Shown here piece by piece: positions 25,509-38,269 of a stretch of DNA of 64,000 nucleotides. This DNA is from Octopus sinensis (lineage: Eukaryota). The first letter of the stretch is position 1, and each line of letters begins with the position of its first letter. Under the pieces are notes generated by a model, which worked only from the letters and a program-made list of their open reading frames with translations, did no database searches and was not told the origin of the DNA. The stretch is taken from NCBI RefSeq assembly GCF_006345805.1, contig NW_021832375.1, positions 186,001 to 250,000 on the forward strand, read 5' to 3'. Both the position numbers and the translations under genes were made by a program.

Positions 25509-26511
25509 TATATATATAAATTATACAATTTTAAGTAGAGATTGTTAACTTTAACAATACCCAGAAACAGGCTAGACTTAAAGTGCTCTAATTGAGCTAA
25601 TTTCCAATTTATGAGTTCAATGGAGGCAATACCAGCGGGAAACTAGAGGAACATGACCTATCATCCAATAGAATATTCAATATATATGTGCACTTTCATT
25701 GGACATTAATAAACCAATATAAAGTTTCAGATAATACAGTACCAATATATATATATATATATATATATTCATTTACATTATGTCTTGACATCTTGACATT
25801 ATTGATATTTTTGTGGACCACGTCCAATATTCGCGGTTGCTCTAGGAACGTAACCCTCCCTCTCTAAAACTGAATATATCTTTATTAAGTATTCTGTTGA
25901 AGTTTGCACGAAGAAATATTGTTATTTTTGTATACTATACATGTACGTGTATACACACACTCACGCGTGCACGCGCAATTTTCTCTCCTTAATAATTCCT
26001 TGATCACATACCTCCATTCCGCCAAACATTACTCCTACCGATAGCTATTGACTTGTGGTTAAGTATGCATTTAAAATATAGCAAAATTAATAACTTCGTG
26101 CCTTTTTCTTAAACTTCGCATGCAATGTTACATCATAAATTTGCACAATAATTTGGCATGTAAAACGTGATGGCAGAGTTATTGGATTGCACTTTGAATT
26201 CTGGAATGTGTGCGACTAAAGACGGTAATCTTTGACTAATAAATCGGTCAGCGGTGCAAACAAACATCTACTGTGGAACTCTTTGAACTTTTGACAAGAA
26301 TGTCATTACCGGAATCAGTTTAAATATCGGTTTCTACCGGATGAGATTCACAGTTGAGAAAATAAAGTTCATAAGGATATAACGGAGTTCAGATCATGGT
26401 AAAATTTCACTAATAGAAAAATATAATCCTTGCGTCTATTGTTTTCCATTTTATTCCAGTTACCAGTTGTGTACACCTGCTAGAAATAGTAAATATTTTC
26501 CGCAGATCATA

Positions 26512-27033
26512 CCGTAAATACTCTAGTATAATCCGCATTTTCCTCCCAAAATTTAAAGGTCAATACCCCTATTGCGTACTATATACGAGGTTAAAAATGA
26601 AAAATATTTTCTAAGCAATGTCCGAGTCTTTATTTGCAATCCGGTTATGTTTATTCAGACGCATTTTGTGATGTCGGGCGCGAAAATACCTTAAGCTAAG
26701 CCTGAAAGCAAGGAAGTCATAAAGGAATCATCCATAACTTGCAGTAAGCAACATTTATTAAAATAAAGATATTCAGAACGCAGAATAACATCTATCAAAA
26801 ATAATTCGCAAACATATTTACATTCCCATATAACAGTTGAGAACATCACCATTATTGTATTACGCATGCGCGGAAGTGTTTGTTTGACTAGGTGCTGCTG
26901 GCTTAATTACGCACGACTCAAGTTAGAGAAGTGGTGCATATTATACACAAGGGTTAGGTTTTTCAGATGTATAGGCCCCTAAAAATCCCCTGCGTATTAT
27001 ACTCAAGGGCGGACTACACTCGAAGATTTACGG
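26512..27033. mobile_element. CCGTA-terminated MITE, longer copy, TA-flanked
   Basis: TA|CCGTAAATACTCTAGTATAATCCGC ... GCGGACTACACTCGAAGATTTACGG|TA. Confidence 0.85.
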
Positions 27034-27082
27034 TACTTTACAATCTTCAAAGTTTCAAGAAGGATAGTTTAATGCTGCCCTA

Positions 27083-27476
27083 TATTCTTTTCTACTCTAG
27101 ACACAAAGCCCGAAATTTTTGGGGAGGGGAGGGCCAGTCGATTAGATCGACCCCAGTACGAAACTGTTACTTAGTTTATCGATCCCGAAAGGATGAAAGG
27201 AAAAGTCGACCTCGGCGGAATTTAAACTCAAGTATGTAAAGACAGACGAAATACCTATTTCTTTACTACCCACAAGGGGCTAAACAGAGAGGACAAACAA
27301 GGACAGACAAACGGATTAAGTCGATTATATCGACCCCAGTGCGTAACTGGTACTTAGTTAATCGACCCCGAAAGGATGAAAGGCAAAGTCGACCTCGGCG
27401 GAATTTGAATTCAGTACGAAATACCGCTAAGCATTTCGCCCGGCATGCTAACGTTTCTGGCCAGCTCGCCGCCCTT
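27083..27476 (-). mobile_element. SINE family 2 heterodimer; the distal unit has a different 3' tail
   Basis: Junction at 27248-27261. The distal tail is GGCCCTCCCCTCCCC...CTAGAGTAGAAAAGAAT rather than GCCCCTTGTGGG. Confidence 0.88.
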
Positions 27477-27932
27477 AATGTTGCCCTATATTATGAGACA
27501 CCGCCCCTTCCTCCGACCTACCAAAAGAAACAAGGAAACAAGACGGAAGATAATGATTGAGATTTCTTTGTTCGTTGTCTTCTAGATCAAGAGGAAACTT
27601 GGAGTTGAACGACAACAACACTATTATGTTAAACGACATAATCTAACATATTAGATATACCTAGTCGTATTTAAACATGTGTGTACATGCATAGACAAAC
27701 TCATAAGTATGTATGTATGTATGTATTCCAGTATTCCATGTGTACGTCTTTGCTTTGTTATTTGTTATTTTTAATATTCGATTTGACTACACACACACAC
27801 ACATACACACGTAAAGATTGTTTCAAGTGGTATACAGATTTTTTTATATATTAAGAAAAAGCGGTGTTCAAGTTTGGATAAAAATACTGTGTGTATGTAT
27901 GTATGTATATACTCCTAATATTTCTTTAACAG

Positions 27933-27963
<31 letters not shown>

Positions 27964-28131
27964 GGCGCAGGAGTGGCTGTGTGGTAAGTAGCTTGCTTAC
28001 TAACCACATGGTTCCGGGTCCAGTCCCACTGCGTGGCACCTGGGGCAAGTGTCTTCTACAATAGCCTCGGGCCAACCGAAGCCTTCTGAATGGATTTAGT
28101 AGACGGAAACTGAAAGAAGTCTGTCGTATAT

Positions 28132-28186
<55 letters not shown>

Positions 28187-28367
28187 CCCCAACATCGCTT
28201 GACAACCGATGTTGGTGTGTTTACGTCCCCGTCACTTAGCGGTTTTGCTAGAGAGAACGATAGAATAAGTACTAGGCTTACAAAGAATAAGTCCTGGGGT
28301 CGATTTGCTTGACTGAACGCGGTGCTCTAGCATGGCCGCAGTCAAATGACTGAAACAAATAAAAGAA
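27964..28367 (+). mobile_element. SINE family 1, full length
   Basis: Same organisation as 25086-25508. Confidence 0.95.
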
Positions 28368-28542
28368 TATATATATATATATAAATTTAAAATGAGGGTG
28401 AGAAATTAGATATTAATTTAATTAACATCGATTTCACACAAGTGGTCTAGCATATACAAAAACTGAAGGTTCAGTAAAATTGTATTATATACATATTAGA
28501 GGGAAACCACTATGTGGATACCCTTATGCTAGAAATAGATCT

Positions 28543-28820
28543 GCACTGGGGTCGATGTAATCGTCTTAATACCTATGTCTGTCCTTGTTTGTCCTCTCTA
28601 TGTTTAGCCCCTTGTGGGTAGTAAAGAAATAGGTATTTCGTCTGCCGCTACGTTCTGAGTTCAAATTCCGCCGAGGTCGACTTTGCCCTTCATCCTTTCG
28701 GGATCGATAAATTAAGTACCAGTTACGCACTGGGGTCGATGTAATCGACTTAATCCGTTTGTCTGTCCTTGTTTGTCCCCTCTGTGTTTAGCCCCTTGTG
28801 GGTAGTAAAGAAATAGGTAT
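28543..28820 (+). mobile_element. SINE family 2 headless dimer
   Basis: Junction GAAATAGGTATTTC at 28626-28639. The copy ends GAAATAGGTAT. Confidence 0.9.
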
Positions 28821-29245
28821 ATAGTTGACACTTAAAAGATCTAGTCATCATCCAATGATGTTTTGTCTTCATTTTTAAACGTTTGCTGTTGCTTACACCC
28901 TAAAAATTCAGTTCTTTAAACCTATTCTTTTATAAAGCTTTTAGGTTAGATTTTTCGTTGCTCTCAAGATTCTTGCCATCACATTCCTCTCGTTCCTCTT
29001 ACACCACTCGGTCACACCTTATTTTTTCCTTTTTTTCATTACTTACACTGCTAGAACTTAACCTCTCCCTCTTCGTTCCACACTTGTGCTATTTTCTTTT
29101 GTGGAATTTGAACTTAGAACGTAAAGTGTTGGACGAAACATTTTGTACCACGAAATATTTTGTCAGGTGGGCTAACGACTCGCCCAGCTCGCCGCCTCGT
29201 TTCTTAGAATATGTAATCGTTTCTGCCATCATGAACAAGTTTATT

Positions 29246-29388
29246 TACATTTCTGAAGAAAAAAAAGATACCCTTCCCCTACCCCTAAAACAGATTGAAA
29301 TGCAATAGATCGATACTAGGGTCATAATTATGGGTGACAATTTCATATGACACCGCTAGAAAAACTCCTGTTCAAACTGAAAAGATCC
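29246..29388 (+). mobile_element. Right half of the GGATC-terminated MITE
   Basis: Matches the 3' part of 43829-44253 and ends AAAAGATCC. Confidence 0.85.
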
Positions 29389-29493
29389 GTCCCTTCTTTT
29401 ATTTCCCTCTCAATCGAAACCACAAACCAAAAAAAAAAAAAAACTTTCTCAATCGATTAAAACTATTTTTCTTTTACATTTTCATCCTACCAG

Positions 29494-29715
29494 TTTCGAT
29501 ATCAGCAATCACAAGTCAAGCACCGTGCCCGGTGGCACAGGGTTATTTTGCAGACCCGCTCCTCAGTACTTGTCAGACCTATATCTGGTGCAACGACTTC
29601 GTACCTCTTTGCATGGCTTGTCCTCTTGGGTTTCTTTTTAATCCCGATGCGCAAAGTTGTCTAAGTTCAAATGAATATACTTGCAACACAAATCGAGCTA
29701 CAGGAACTACCGAAG
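29494..29715 (+). CDS. Internal exon encoding a chitin-binding type-2 (peritrophin-A/CBM14) domain
   Basis: CPVAQGYFADPLLSTCQTYIWCNDFVPLCMACPLGFLFNPDAQSCLSSNEYTC has the six-Cys spacing with typical aromatic residues. Polypyrimidine-CAG acceptor (29491-29493), GAAG|GTGAGT donor, 222 nt, phase 1-1. Confidence 0.9.
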
Positions 29716-30748
29716 GTGAGTAAACGGTTGTTGTTGATGTTGTTACTATTGTTTTTGTTTGTTGTTTGACCCTAGGTCAGTCCTAATCGAATAAACCTAC
29801 AATAAAAGACGTAGCCGTATTTTCCCTATGAGCAAGGAAGCCATGAGCATACATGATTTAACGCTCTCTTTTTTTAAAGATGGTAGGGACACATCTACTT
29901 AAGAACACCTTCATTGCTACCTCGTTAAGTTTGCAGAAGTCAGTGATTAACTGAAGAGATCTTGATAAGACTGGAACATGCTTGAAATAGTCTTTCACAA
30001 TTGCTGAAATTAACAAAATAACGTTAGTCATTCCGGGTTATTTCTGTTCCTTATTTCATTTCGTGTGTGTGTGTGTGTGTGAGTGTATGTGTATGCGCGT
30101 GTGTGTGTATCAGTATGATTAAAGAAGAATAATGTAGAGTTAGTAAAGATATAAAATTAGTTTATTAACATACTGCCAAATAAAGCCTACGAACGTTTCA
30201 ATTCAGTCCAATATATAGTTGCAAATTCAAAGATTGAAATAAATCTAAAGATTAGAATAAAATAGCATTTTGAATAATATTGGCAAGAATATTAACAGGG
30301 CTAGAGTACAATAGAAAGGGTTACATGTTGATGGATTGGATTTAGTCTAAGAAAATTAAGAAATATATATTTATTCTGTGTATGTATATGCCAATAATTA
30401 AAAAAAAATATTAAAAATTAAAAATATAGTATAAGGGTAAAAAATAACAACCAAATAATAATAAATATATAATCTATATATATAAAACCCTTTGTATATT
30501 TGTCTGTTCCCAATGCATTCTGAAACGGCTCAACCAAATCAAACCAAATTTTACATGCTAATACTATCACACCTCAGGAGTGTCAACATGTAACTTTTTT
30601 CGATTAAAACACAACATTGGCACTGGTTCCGTATCACGTCTCAAAACTCGAAGAATAAAAGTGAACCCTTCGACGGAGTAACAGTTATAGATTCACTTTT
30701 ATTCTTTTACTATTATTACTTCCACTATGTGTATGTATGTATGTATGT

Positions 30749-30950
30749 AGATGTACTTGCATAGCAAGTGACCTGATCTGAGATCGTGCGCTGAAATAAA
30801 AACAATTGCAGCGTGGGAGGTGTTTATAAGCCATTTAAAAACACACGAAAACCGTTAGATTCGCTTCAACATTTAAATTTAATTTGCCAAAATATTTTCA
30901 TTGCTTTCAGACCACGACCTGTTCGCTGACAAAATTCCTTGCTGCATCTG
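30749..30950. repeat. Unclassified ~200-bp interspersed repeat (second copy ~57947-58135)
   Basis: AGATGTACTTGCATAGC(A/G)AGTGAC(C/T)TGATCTGAGATCGTG...GCTGCATCTG is shared, same orientation. Confidence 0.8.
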
Positions 30951-30969
30951 CAATTGTTATATTATATAT

Positions 30970-31077
<108 letters not shown>

Positions 31078-31465
31078 CTAGCAGTATCGCTCGGCGTTGC
31101 TCGGGTTTGTAAGGGAAATAACTATATAAGCATTTTTAGAGAGTTATAGCCAAAAAATAGCAAAAAAATGCATTAAAAATGGAAAACAAATGATGGTAAG
31201 TTTTTTTTAAATCGTTGACTCATCGTAGACATTTTTATAGAGTTACTTCCCTTATATAATAGCGAAAAAATGCATTAAAATGGAAAAAATGGTAAATTTT
31301 TTAAAATCGTAGACTCATCGTAGACACACGCTAATACCCAGAAGGCCCCGATATGAATCACGACTATAAGATATCCGGTTTTGGTTAAACTGCACCGCAA
31401 AATGTAGGAGTAGTTAGGAATCTAAATCGTAGGAGACAGACACACAACTTCTATTTATATATAGA
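31078..31465 (-). mobile_element. Non-autonomous Helitron-like element
   Basis: Minus strand: TCTATAT... start, subterminal CCGAGCAACGCCGAG hairpin, CTAG end. Same family as 32782-33082. Confidence 0.8.
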
Positions 31466-31506
31466 GCCACTACACATTTTTTTCTCTCCTTGTTTTTTCT
31501 GTGTCC

Positions 31507-31542
31507 CTTTCTGTATAAGAGCGTAGGCTCGAAACGTAAAAG
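31507..31542 (+). other. Hammerhead-like motif with non-canonical core in a Penelope-like terminal repeat
   Basis: CTTT-CTGTATAA-GAGC(GTAG)GCTC-GAAAC-GTA-AAAG. Stems I and II pair perfectly, but CTGANGA is altered. Confidence 0.4.
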
Positions 31543-32539
31543 ACTTTTTATATTCCTGAGCATTATACTAATACATCTGTTTGTTTTGTACACCACCTGT
31601 CTTCGTCTTTTTCGTAAACTCTCCCTATATATACGGAAAAAAGGTCAAGATAGAAAATGCTAAAATAATTTTATAAAAAACAGTACCGGTTTCGGTCATT
31701 GAAACTTCTTCAACTGTAAGCGTGAAAACAATTAAATTTTGGAAAAAATTAAAAGAAAAGTTTTTTTAAAAGAATATTTGCATAGTATTCAAATACAATA
31801 GGCATTTTCCTTGTTTCTGCCTGTCTCTGTCTCTCTTGTTTACTCTTGTGGGTTCGAGGTCATTATGAATTCTTGGCAGAGAAGAAAAAGAAAAAGAAGA
31901 AGAAGAATGCGAGAGTGCTATGACAGTAGTAGGATGTTAAATGGTCAAGTGCCCTGAAAGCGATTTGTTGTGGATGGTAGTAGTGATTGAATTCCTTTGT
32001 TGCCGTCACTTCTTCCTTATTTATCTGTCACCCCTTCCTTTCTCATTCATATGTTGTGACAGAGAAATACACAAGAGTATTCTAAATAAGATTAATACCC
32101 TTGTCAATGTTCACATACATTCGCATACTCCCCTTGTACATGCACACACACATATAATCAAACAGTTGAAATGCCGATTTTTTTCACCCCCTTCCTTCGT
32201 TATTTATCTCATTCATATGTTTTGACGTAGAAAAACAGAAGATACACGATGCACTCTTTACCACTTCCCCTCTCTCATTTCTATTACTTTCTCTCACTCC
32301 CTCTCAGTCAGGGCTATTACTTTCACTGGGGTGAAAGTAATAGCAGGCATACAGATGCATAACATATACGTATGCATGCATGTAGGTATGCATGTATATA
32401 TGCGTTATGTGTGTATGTATGTACTTATCTATCACACGCACAGGTACGCATAGATAGCTTTCATCAGTTTTGTAGGCTATGGAGATCGTCTATGGAGCAA
32501 GATGAAAAGCAACTTCTAAAGTGACCGGAAAATTAAATT

Positions 32540-33129
32540 TTCGGCCTGTCACCTCAGTCGCAAATATGTATATACATTCACTTAGGTAATCTTGCTCAAT
32601 ACACTTGTAAACATAATATCCTTTACGTGACGTATAATACTAAACAGAATTGTGCAAAGATAAATAAATTCTACGGATTATGGAGGCATAATGAAAACAT
32701 CATACACGAAAAGTACAGTTCAGAAAGCGCTGAAAGCAGACCTATGTAGCTGAAAAAGTGATGTAGTGTTATATACAGATACTAGCAGTATCGCCCGGCG
32801 TTGCTCGGGTTTGTAAGGGAAATAACTATATAAGCATTTTTAGAGAGTTACTTCCCTTATATAATAGCAAAAAATGCATTAAAAATGGAAAAAAATTATG
32901 GTAAATTTTTTTTTAAATCGTAGACTCGTCGTAGACGCGCGCTAATACCCAGAAGGGCTCGATATGAATCACGACTATAAGGTACCCGCTTTTGGTTAAA
33001 CTGCACCGCAAAATGTGGGAGTAGTTAGGAATCTAAATCGTAGGGGACAGGCACCACACAACTTCAGTTTTATATATATAGATTAGTCACCGCTATTTTT
33101 GTTTTTCTTTTCAAATGAAAGTAGAATTT
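32540..33129. repeat. Unclassified ~300-bp repeat carrying a Helitron insertion (uninterrupted paralog at 44552-44889)
   Basis: CGGCCTGTCACCTCAGTCGCAAATATG...TTTTCAAATG is shared between the two loci. Confidence 0.85.
32782..33082 (-). mobile_element. Non-autonomous Helitron-like element inserted between A and T
   Basis: Plus strand A|CTAGCAGTATCGCCCGGCGTTGCTCGGG...TATATATAGA|T, no TSD. Confidence 0.85.
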
Positions 33130-33180
33130 TTTCTGCTTTATTTAAAACCAATATCTATTGGACAATTTTAGATTTCTAAT

Positions 33181-33336
33181 GAATAACTTTGCAATCTGAG
33201 CCAAGAAGAGTAACTATAAAATTTGATCCTAGGTGAATAACTATGCCATCTGACCAAAGATGAATAACTATGTAATCTGATCCAAGGTGAATAACTATGC
33301 AATTTGAGCCAAGGTGAATAACTATGCAATCTGAAG
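33181..33336. repeat. 27-bp minisatellite, six copies
   Basis: GAATAACT-type anchors at 33181, 33208, 33235, 33262, 33289 and 33316. Confidence 0.9.
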
Positions 33337-33524
33337 CTATATTATGTTACGTGAGCATTTACATGTTGAAACAACAACATTTTGAATCAAGTCATATTAA
33401 TATATTTCTTTTATCTCATTTATACTTAATATGAGGTGTTGATTTCGTCTTGTATTGGAGATAAAGAATGTTTTGATTACGCTCTTACTGAGCAAAATTA
33501 CCGTGTGTTTTCGTGCGTGCGTGA

Positions 33525-33549
33525 TATAATATATATATATATATATGAT

Positions 33550-33634
<85 letters not shown>

Positions 33635-34180
33635 AATATATATATATATATATATATTATATGATATATATATATATTATATATATATGATATATATATA
33701 TATATATATGATATATATATATATATTGATTATATATATATGATATATATATATATATATATATGATATATATATATGATATATATATATATATGATATA
33801 TTATATATTATGATATTATATATATATATATGATATATATATGATATATATATATGATATATATATATATGATATATATATATGATATATATATATATGA
33901 TATATATATATGATATATACATATGATATATATATATGATATATACATATGATATATATATATGATATATATATATATGATATATATATATATATACATA
34001 TGATATATATATATGATTTATATATGATATATATATATATATATATGATATAATATATATATATATATATATATATGATATATTATTATATATATATATA
34101 TATGATATATATATATATATAATATATATATATATGATATATATATGATATATATATATATGATATATATATGATATATA
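33525..34180. repeat. (AT)n/(ATATG)n microsatellite tract
   Basis: Seen directly. Confidence 0.95.
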
Positions 34181-34478
34181 AAGGGGGTAAAGACCCCCTT
34201 CGGTCATGAGTGACCATGGGTTTGCACCTAGAGAGTTACCCTCTGAGGCACAAGTCTGGGCAAGGTTGTTTTTATGGAAGACCAGTAGTCGCCCATGCAT
34301 ACCGGCCTCCCCTCTCCACGCCACCAGTGTTATCCAAGGGAAAGACAAAGGTCGATACAGCTTGGCACCTGTGACGTCGCAACTCATTTCTACAGCTGAG
34401 TGAACTGGAGCAACATGAAATAAAGCGTCTTGCTCAAGAACACAACACGCAGCCCGGTCCGGGATTCGAGCTCACAAT
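34181..34478 (-). mobile_element. Further SINE-like repeat (family 4)
   Basis: B-box-like GTGAGCTCGAATCCCGG on the minus strand and a CORE-like TTCTTGAGCAAGACGCTTT segment; embedded in (AT)n. Confidence 0.6.
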
Positions 34479-34554
34479 ATATGATATATATATGATATAT
34501 ATATATGATATATATATATGATATATATATATATATATATATATGATATATATA

Positions 34555-34599
<45 letters not shown>

Positions 34600-35023
34600 T
34601 AAAGGTAGAAATTGATATTAATCAATTAGAACCAGTGGCCTCGCATATTTAAAAAATCCGAAGACTAAAAATTTTTTTCACACACAAAATTTTTTCTTGA
34701 GAACACATTCTCCGTGGAAAACGGCGATTTTGACGTCTATATCCAGCATACAGGCTGTCCACTTTTAGTGGTCAATCCACTATATATATATATATATAGT
34801 GTACAATTAAACACATAAGAGGAATCCGTCATAGAACTCCTGGGATGCTAGAGAGAACAGTTAAATTCCAAACTGCTATTAGGGGTAAAATTTCGAAAGG
34901 AATGAAAAATAAAAACATTTACCATCTAAGTCCTGGGCCAATTAATATTATTAATGATATATATATATATATATACATACAGAGAGAGAGAGAGAGAGAG
35001 AGAACAAAGTGTACGTACGCCGC

Positions 35024-35054
<31 letters not shown>

Positions 35055-35161
35055 AGAGAGAGAGAGAGAGAGAACAAAGTGTACGTACGCCGCTATATAT
35101 ATATATATATATATATACACATACAGAGGGAGAGAGAGAGAACAAAGTGTACGTACGCCGC

Positions 35162-35209
<48 letters not shown>

Positions 35210-35216
35210 CATACAA

Positions 35217-35530
35217 AATGGGACAAGAACGCAAAACATCCGGACAACTAGATGATACAAAGAGGGGACAACAAAACATCCAGAAAGACGATACAAAAAA
35301 ACAAGGACGGGTCATTCGAAGTTTTCTATCTTCAGTCAAGAACCAGATTATCCTCGCAATGTCGGCTGATTATTCTTGAGATTGCTCCAATCTGGCCAGC
35401 CCCAAGGAAAAACTAAGCCAAGAGCATTAGATTCCTTGGAAGAAAGCAGCGAATGTATACAAAAACAAGGACGGAAAAAACGGACAGTGTTACACAATAA
35501 AAATAATAACGGGAATAACAACAGGTGTCG
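35217..35530 (+). repeat. Interspersed repeat related to block A of the 1.4-7.3 kb array (another copy at 54648-54840, minus)
   Basis: ACGGGTCATTC(G/A)AAG...TCTTCAGTCA...TCGCA...TCGGCTG...TGAGAT..GCTCC...GCCAGCC aligns by eye with block A. Flanked by (AT)n. Confidence 0.7.
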
Positions 35531-35739
35531 AAAGACAGATTTGGTTGTTCTGAGGCTATAGTAGAAGACACCTGCCGAAGGTGCCATTCAGTGGGACTGA
35601 ACCCGAAACCATGTAGTTAGGAACGAAGTTTCTTACCACACAGCCAGTACAGTACAGTACAGTACAGTACAGTACAATACAATACAATACAATATAATAT
35701 AATATAATAAAATTATATAATATATAAATATAGTATATA

Positions 35740-36018
35740 TAAAAATTAGAAAAAAACACCTTTTATAAATTCAAAATGAACAATTAAATTACACCATCTA
35801 GAAAATTGCATATAATAGAAAAATAAATATCAAAATAACAATAATATACCGATGATTAAGTAAATTGCAAAATAACCAAATATATACGTTTTTATTATTA
35901 TTTTGCATTTTACTTAATCATTTTAATTTTAATATTTCTATTACATGTAATTTTCTAGATGGTGTGATTTAATTGTTCATTTTGAATTGATAAAAGGTGG
36001 TTCTTTTTCTAATTTTTA
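35740..36018. repeat. AT-rich foldback (MITE-like long inverted repeat)
   Basis: TAAAAATTAGAAAAA..CACCTTTTAT.AATTCAAAATGAACAATTAAAT.ACACCATCTAGAAAATT is mirrored at ~35934-36018. An inner pair ATGATTAAGTAAA.TGCAAAATAA is also mirrored. Confidence 0.9.
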
Positions 36019-36190
36019 ATAATATATATCATATTTTGTCAAATTTGATTTAGCATTTCTAAATTAAATTTTTCCCCGTAAGTTAGGAATAATATTCCCT
36101 CAAATAATTATAAATATAATATATATGCATATGTATTTATCTATATATACTCATACTTTATCTTATCCTCGTTATATTTTATTTTATCAG

Positions 36191-36384
36191 GATTTCCTGT
36201 GGAAGCATCGACTTCTGATACGAGAGGAGGTGATACTAATCTGAAAGTATCTGGTGAATATTGCAATCATTTGGAGATTATACTGAAGAATGCCCTGCAA
36301 TCTATGCTCCGATCCACCGTAAATGCTAACGGAATGTGTGAAAATAACTGCCTTCAACCAAACCTAACACTGACTTGTTTTTAA
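36191..36384 (+). CDS. Probable next (possibly terminal) exon of the chitin-binding gene
   Basis: TTTTATCAG|GA acceptor in phase 1 matches the donor at 29715. Open frame GFPVEASTSDTRGG...YCNHLE...CENNCLQPNLTLTCF*. ATTAAA at 36401. An alternative phase-1 donor G|GTGAAT follows 36253. Confidence 0.5.
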
Positions 36385-36422
36385 AGGTCATTTTTCCACT
36401 ATTAAATATTTCTGTTTAACAC

Positions 36423-37070
36423 GTTGTTGCTGTTGCTGTTTGTTCGTTTGTTTGTTGAGCGAAGCGGTCTTCGTCCTTAGTGAGAGAAGTCCGAAACGCG
36501 GTCCTTTGCTATTCGTAAGACCCGCAGAAGAGAAAGCAGGTCAACCCCCAACACTGAGAGCATTGACGGATGGATGAGTGCGCATCCAGGCTCAGCGGTT
36601 GCGTAGGAAGTCGGGGACAAGAAACAGGAAGAAAGAGTGAGAGAAAGTTGTTCCTGCTGATGTTGCGGTTGCTGTTGAGCGAAGCGGTCTTCGTCATAGA
36701 GCTCGCAAGATCGCGTCTCAGGATTGTCTATAGTGGGAGAAGTCCGAAACGTGGTACTTTGCTATTCGTAAGACCCGCAGTAGAGAAAGCAGGTCAACCC
36801 CCGACACCGAGAGCATCGACGGATGGATGAATGCGCATCCAGGCTCAGCGGTTGCGCAGGAAGTCGGGGACAAGAAACAGGAAGAAAGAGTGAGAGAGAA
36901 ATTTGGAGCGAAAGAGTACAACAGGGGTCGCCACCACCCCCTGCCGGAGCCTCGTGAAGCTTTAGGTGTTTTCGCTCAATAAACACAAATAACGCCCAGT
37001 CTGGGAATCGAAACCGCGATCCTCCGACCGCGAGTTCGCTGCCCTAACCATTGGGCCATTGCACCTCCAC
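36423..37070 (-). mobile_element. tRNA-derived SINE family 3 with ~220-bp internal tandem duplication
   Basis: Head GTGGAGGTGCAATGGCCCAATGGTTAGGGCAGCG...GGTTTCGATTCC. GTTGAGCGAAGCGGTCTTCGTC recurs at ~36454 and ~36675. (CAA)-rich tail. Confidence 0.8.
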
Positions 37071-37149
37071 TGCTGTTGATGTTGTTGTTTATTCCAAAGT
37101 CACACCTGATCTAGCAAACCTGATTCAAGAAACCTATGATTTGAAGGTC

Positions 37150-37181
<32 letters not shown>

Positions 37182-37845
37182 AGTGTGTGGGAGGCAATTC
37201 TGGACTTCTTTGAACATCAGAAAAAAATGTCAGTCTACAGAAAGACAGCACTCATGCACTGGAGACACGAAAACGAGATCTAAAGAACGCACAAAAAGAC
37301 TGGTAAATTACTGGCTGGTTAGAAGAGTTGTCGTTTATATTTCACTTGTTTCAGTCATTCGACTACGGCCATGCTGGGGTTCACCTTCAAGAAATCGAGT
37401 CGAAAGAATCGACCCTAGTACTTATTTTTTAAAGCCTGGTACTTATTCTATCGGTCTCTTTTGTTACGGGGACATAAACGCAGAAGCACCGGTTGTCAGG
37501 CGGTGCTGGAGGACAAATACACACACACACACACACGCACGTGCACAAACTGAAGAATAAGGACGTACATCAGGAGAATGACGCACCGAATGCTGAAAGA
37601 AGGAACTTTTGGTCAGATATTTGTTGCAAAGAAGTTCGTCATAATATGGAAACGAACTGGTTAAGGAAATTTAAAAGTGAAATGAAAAACAGATTGAGAT
37701 AAGAGAATATATATTTTTCGGAAGAGAAAGTGGAAAAAGATACTTAAAAAGTATCCAACCGGATCGGATGTTCTGTCTTATAAACCTCATCAGCATGCAC
37801 GGGTATATACAACCGTTTCTTACTGATTGTATTTAAAATCAACAT

Positions 37846-38086
37846 AAGGCGTAAGACAGCGAGCTGGCAGAAACGTTAGCACGCCGGGCTTAATGCTTAG
37901 CCGTATTTCGTCTGCAACTACGTTCTGAGTTGAAATTCTGCCGAGGTCGACTTTGCCTTTCATCCTTTCGGGGTCGATTAAATAAGTACCAGTTACGCCC
38001 TGGGGTCGATATAATCGACTTAATCCGTTTGTCTGTCCTTGTTTGTCCTCTCTATGTTTAGCCCCTTGTGTGTAGTAAAGAAATAG
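37846..38086 (+). mobile_element. SINE family 2 monomer
   Basis: 17-bp TSD GTATTTAAAATCAACAT at 37829-37845 and 38087-38103. Confidence 0.93.
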
Positions 38087-38211
38087 GTATTTAAAATCAA
38101 CATGGTTGACAAAAAAGAAATACAATACTTATACAAAATCAGAAAACTTCACTGAAAATATGTATATATATATTTACGAAGTCTAGATAAATATCTTCAG
38201 CTAGCAGGCCT

Positions 38212-38269
38212 CTGCTACTCTAGACTGATGATGGGCAAGACCCAGAAACATGCATGTCTCTAGATGCAG
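38212..38269 (+). ncRNA. Type I hammerhead ribozyme
   Basis: Stem I TCTAGA/TCTAGA (38219-24 with 38259-64), extended by CTGC/GCAG across a TAC/T internal loop. Core CTGATGA (38225-31), stem II TGGG-CAAGA-CCCA, GAAA, palindromic stem III ACATGCATGT, GTC triplet with predicted cleavage after 38258. Confidence 0.88.

Noticed and set aside
37740-37800. Minus-strand CTGATGA near 37790 as a second hammerhead
   Set aside because: It is followed by GAAC rather than GAAA, stem II is weak and stem I does not pair.
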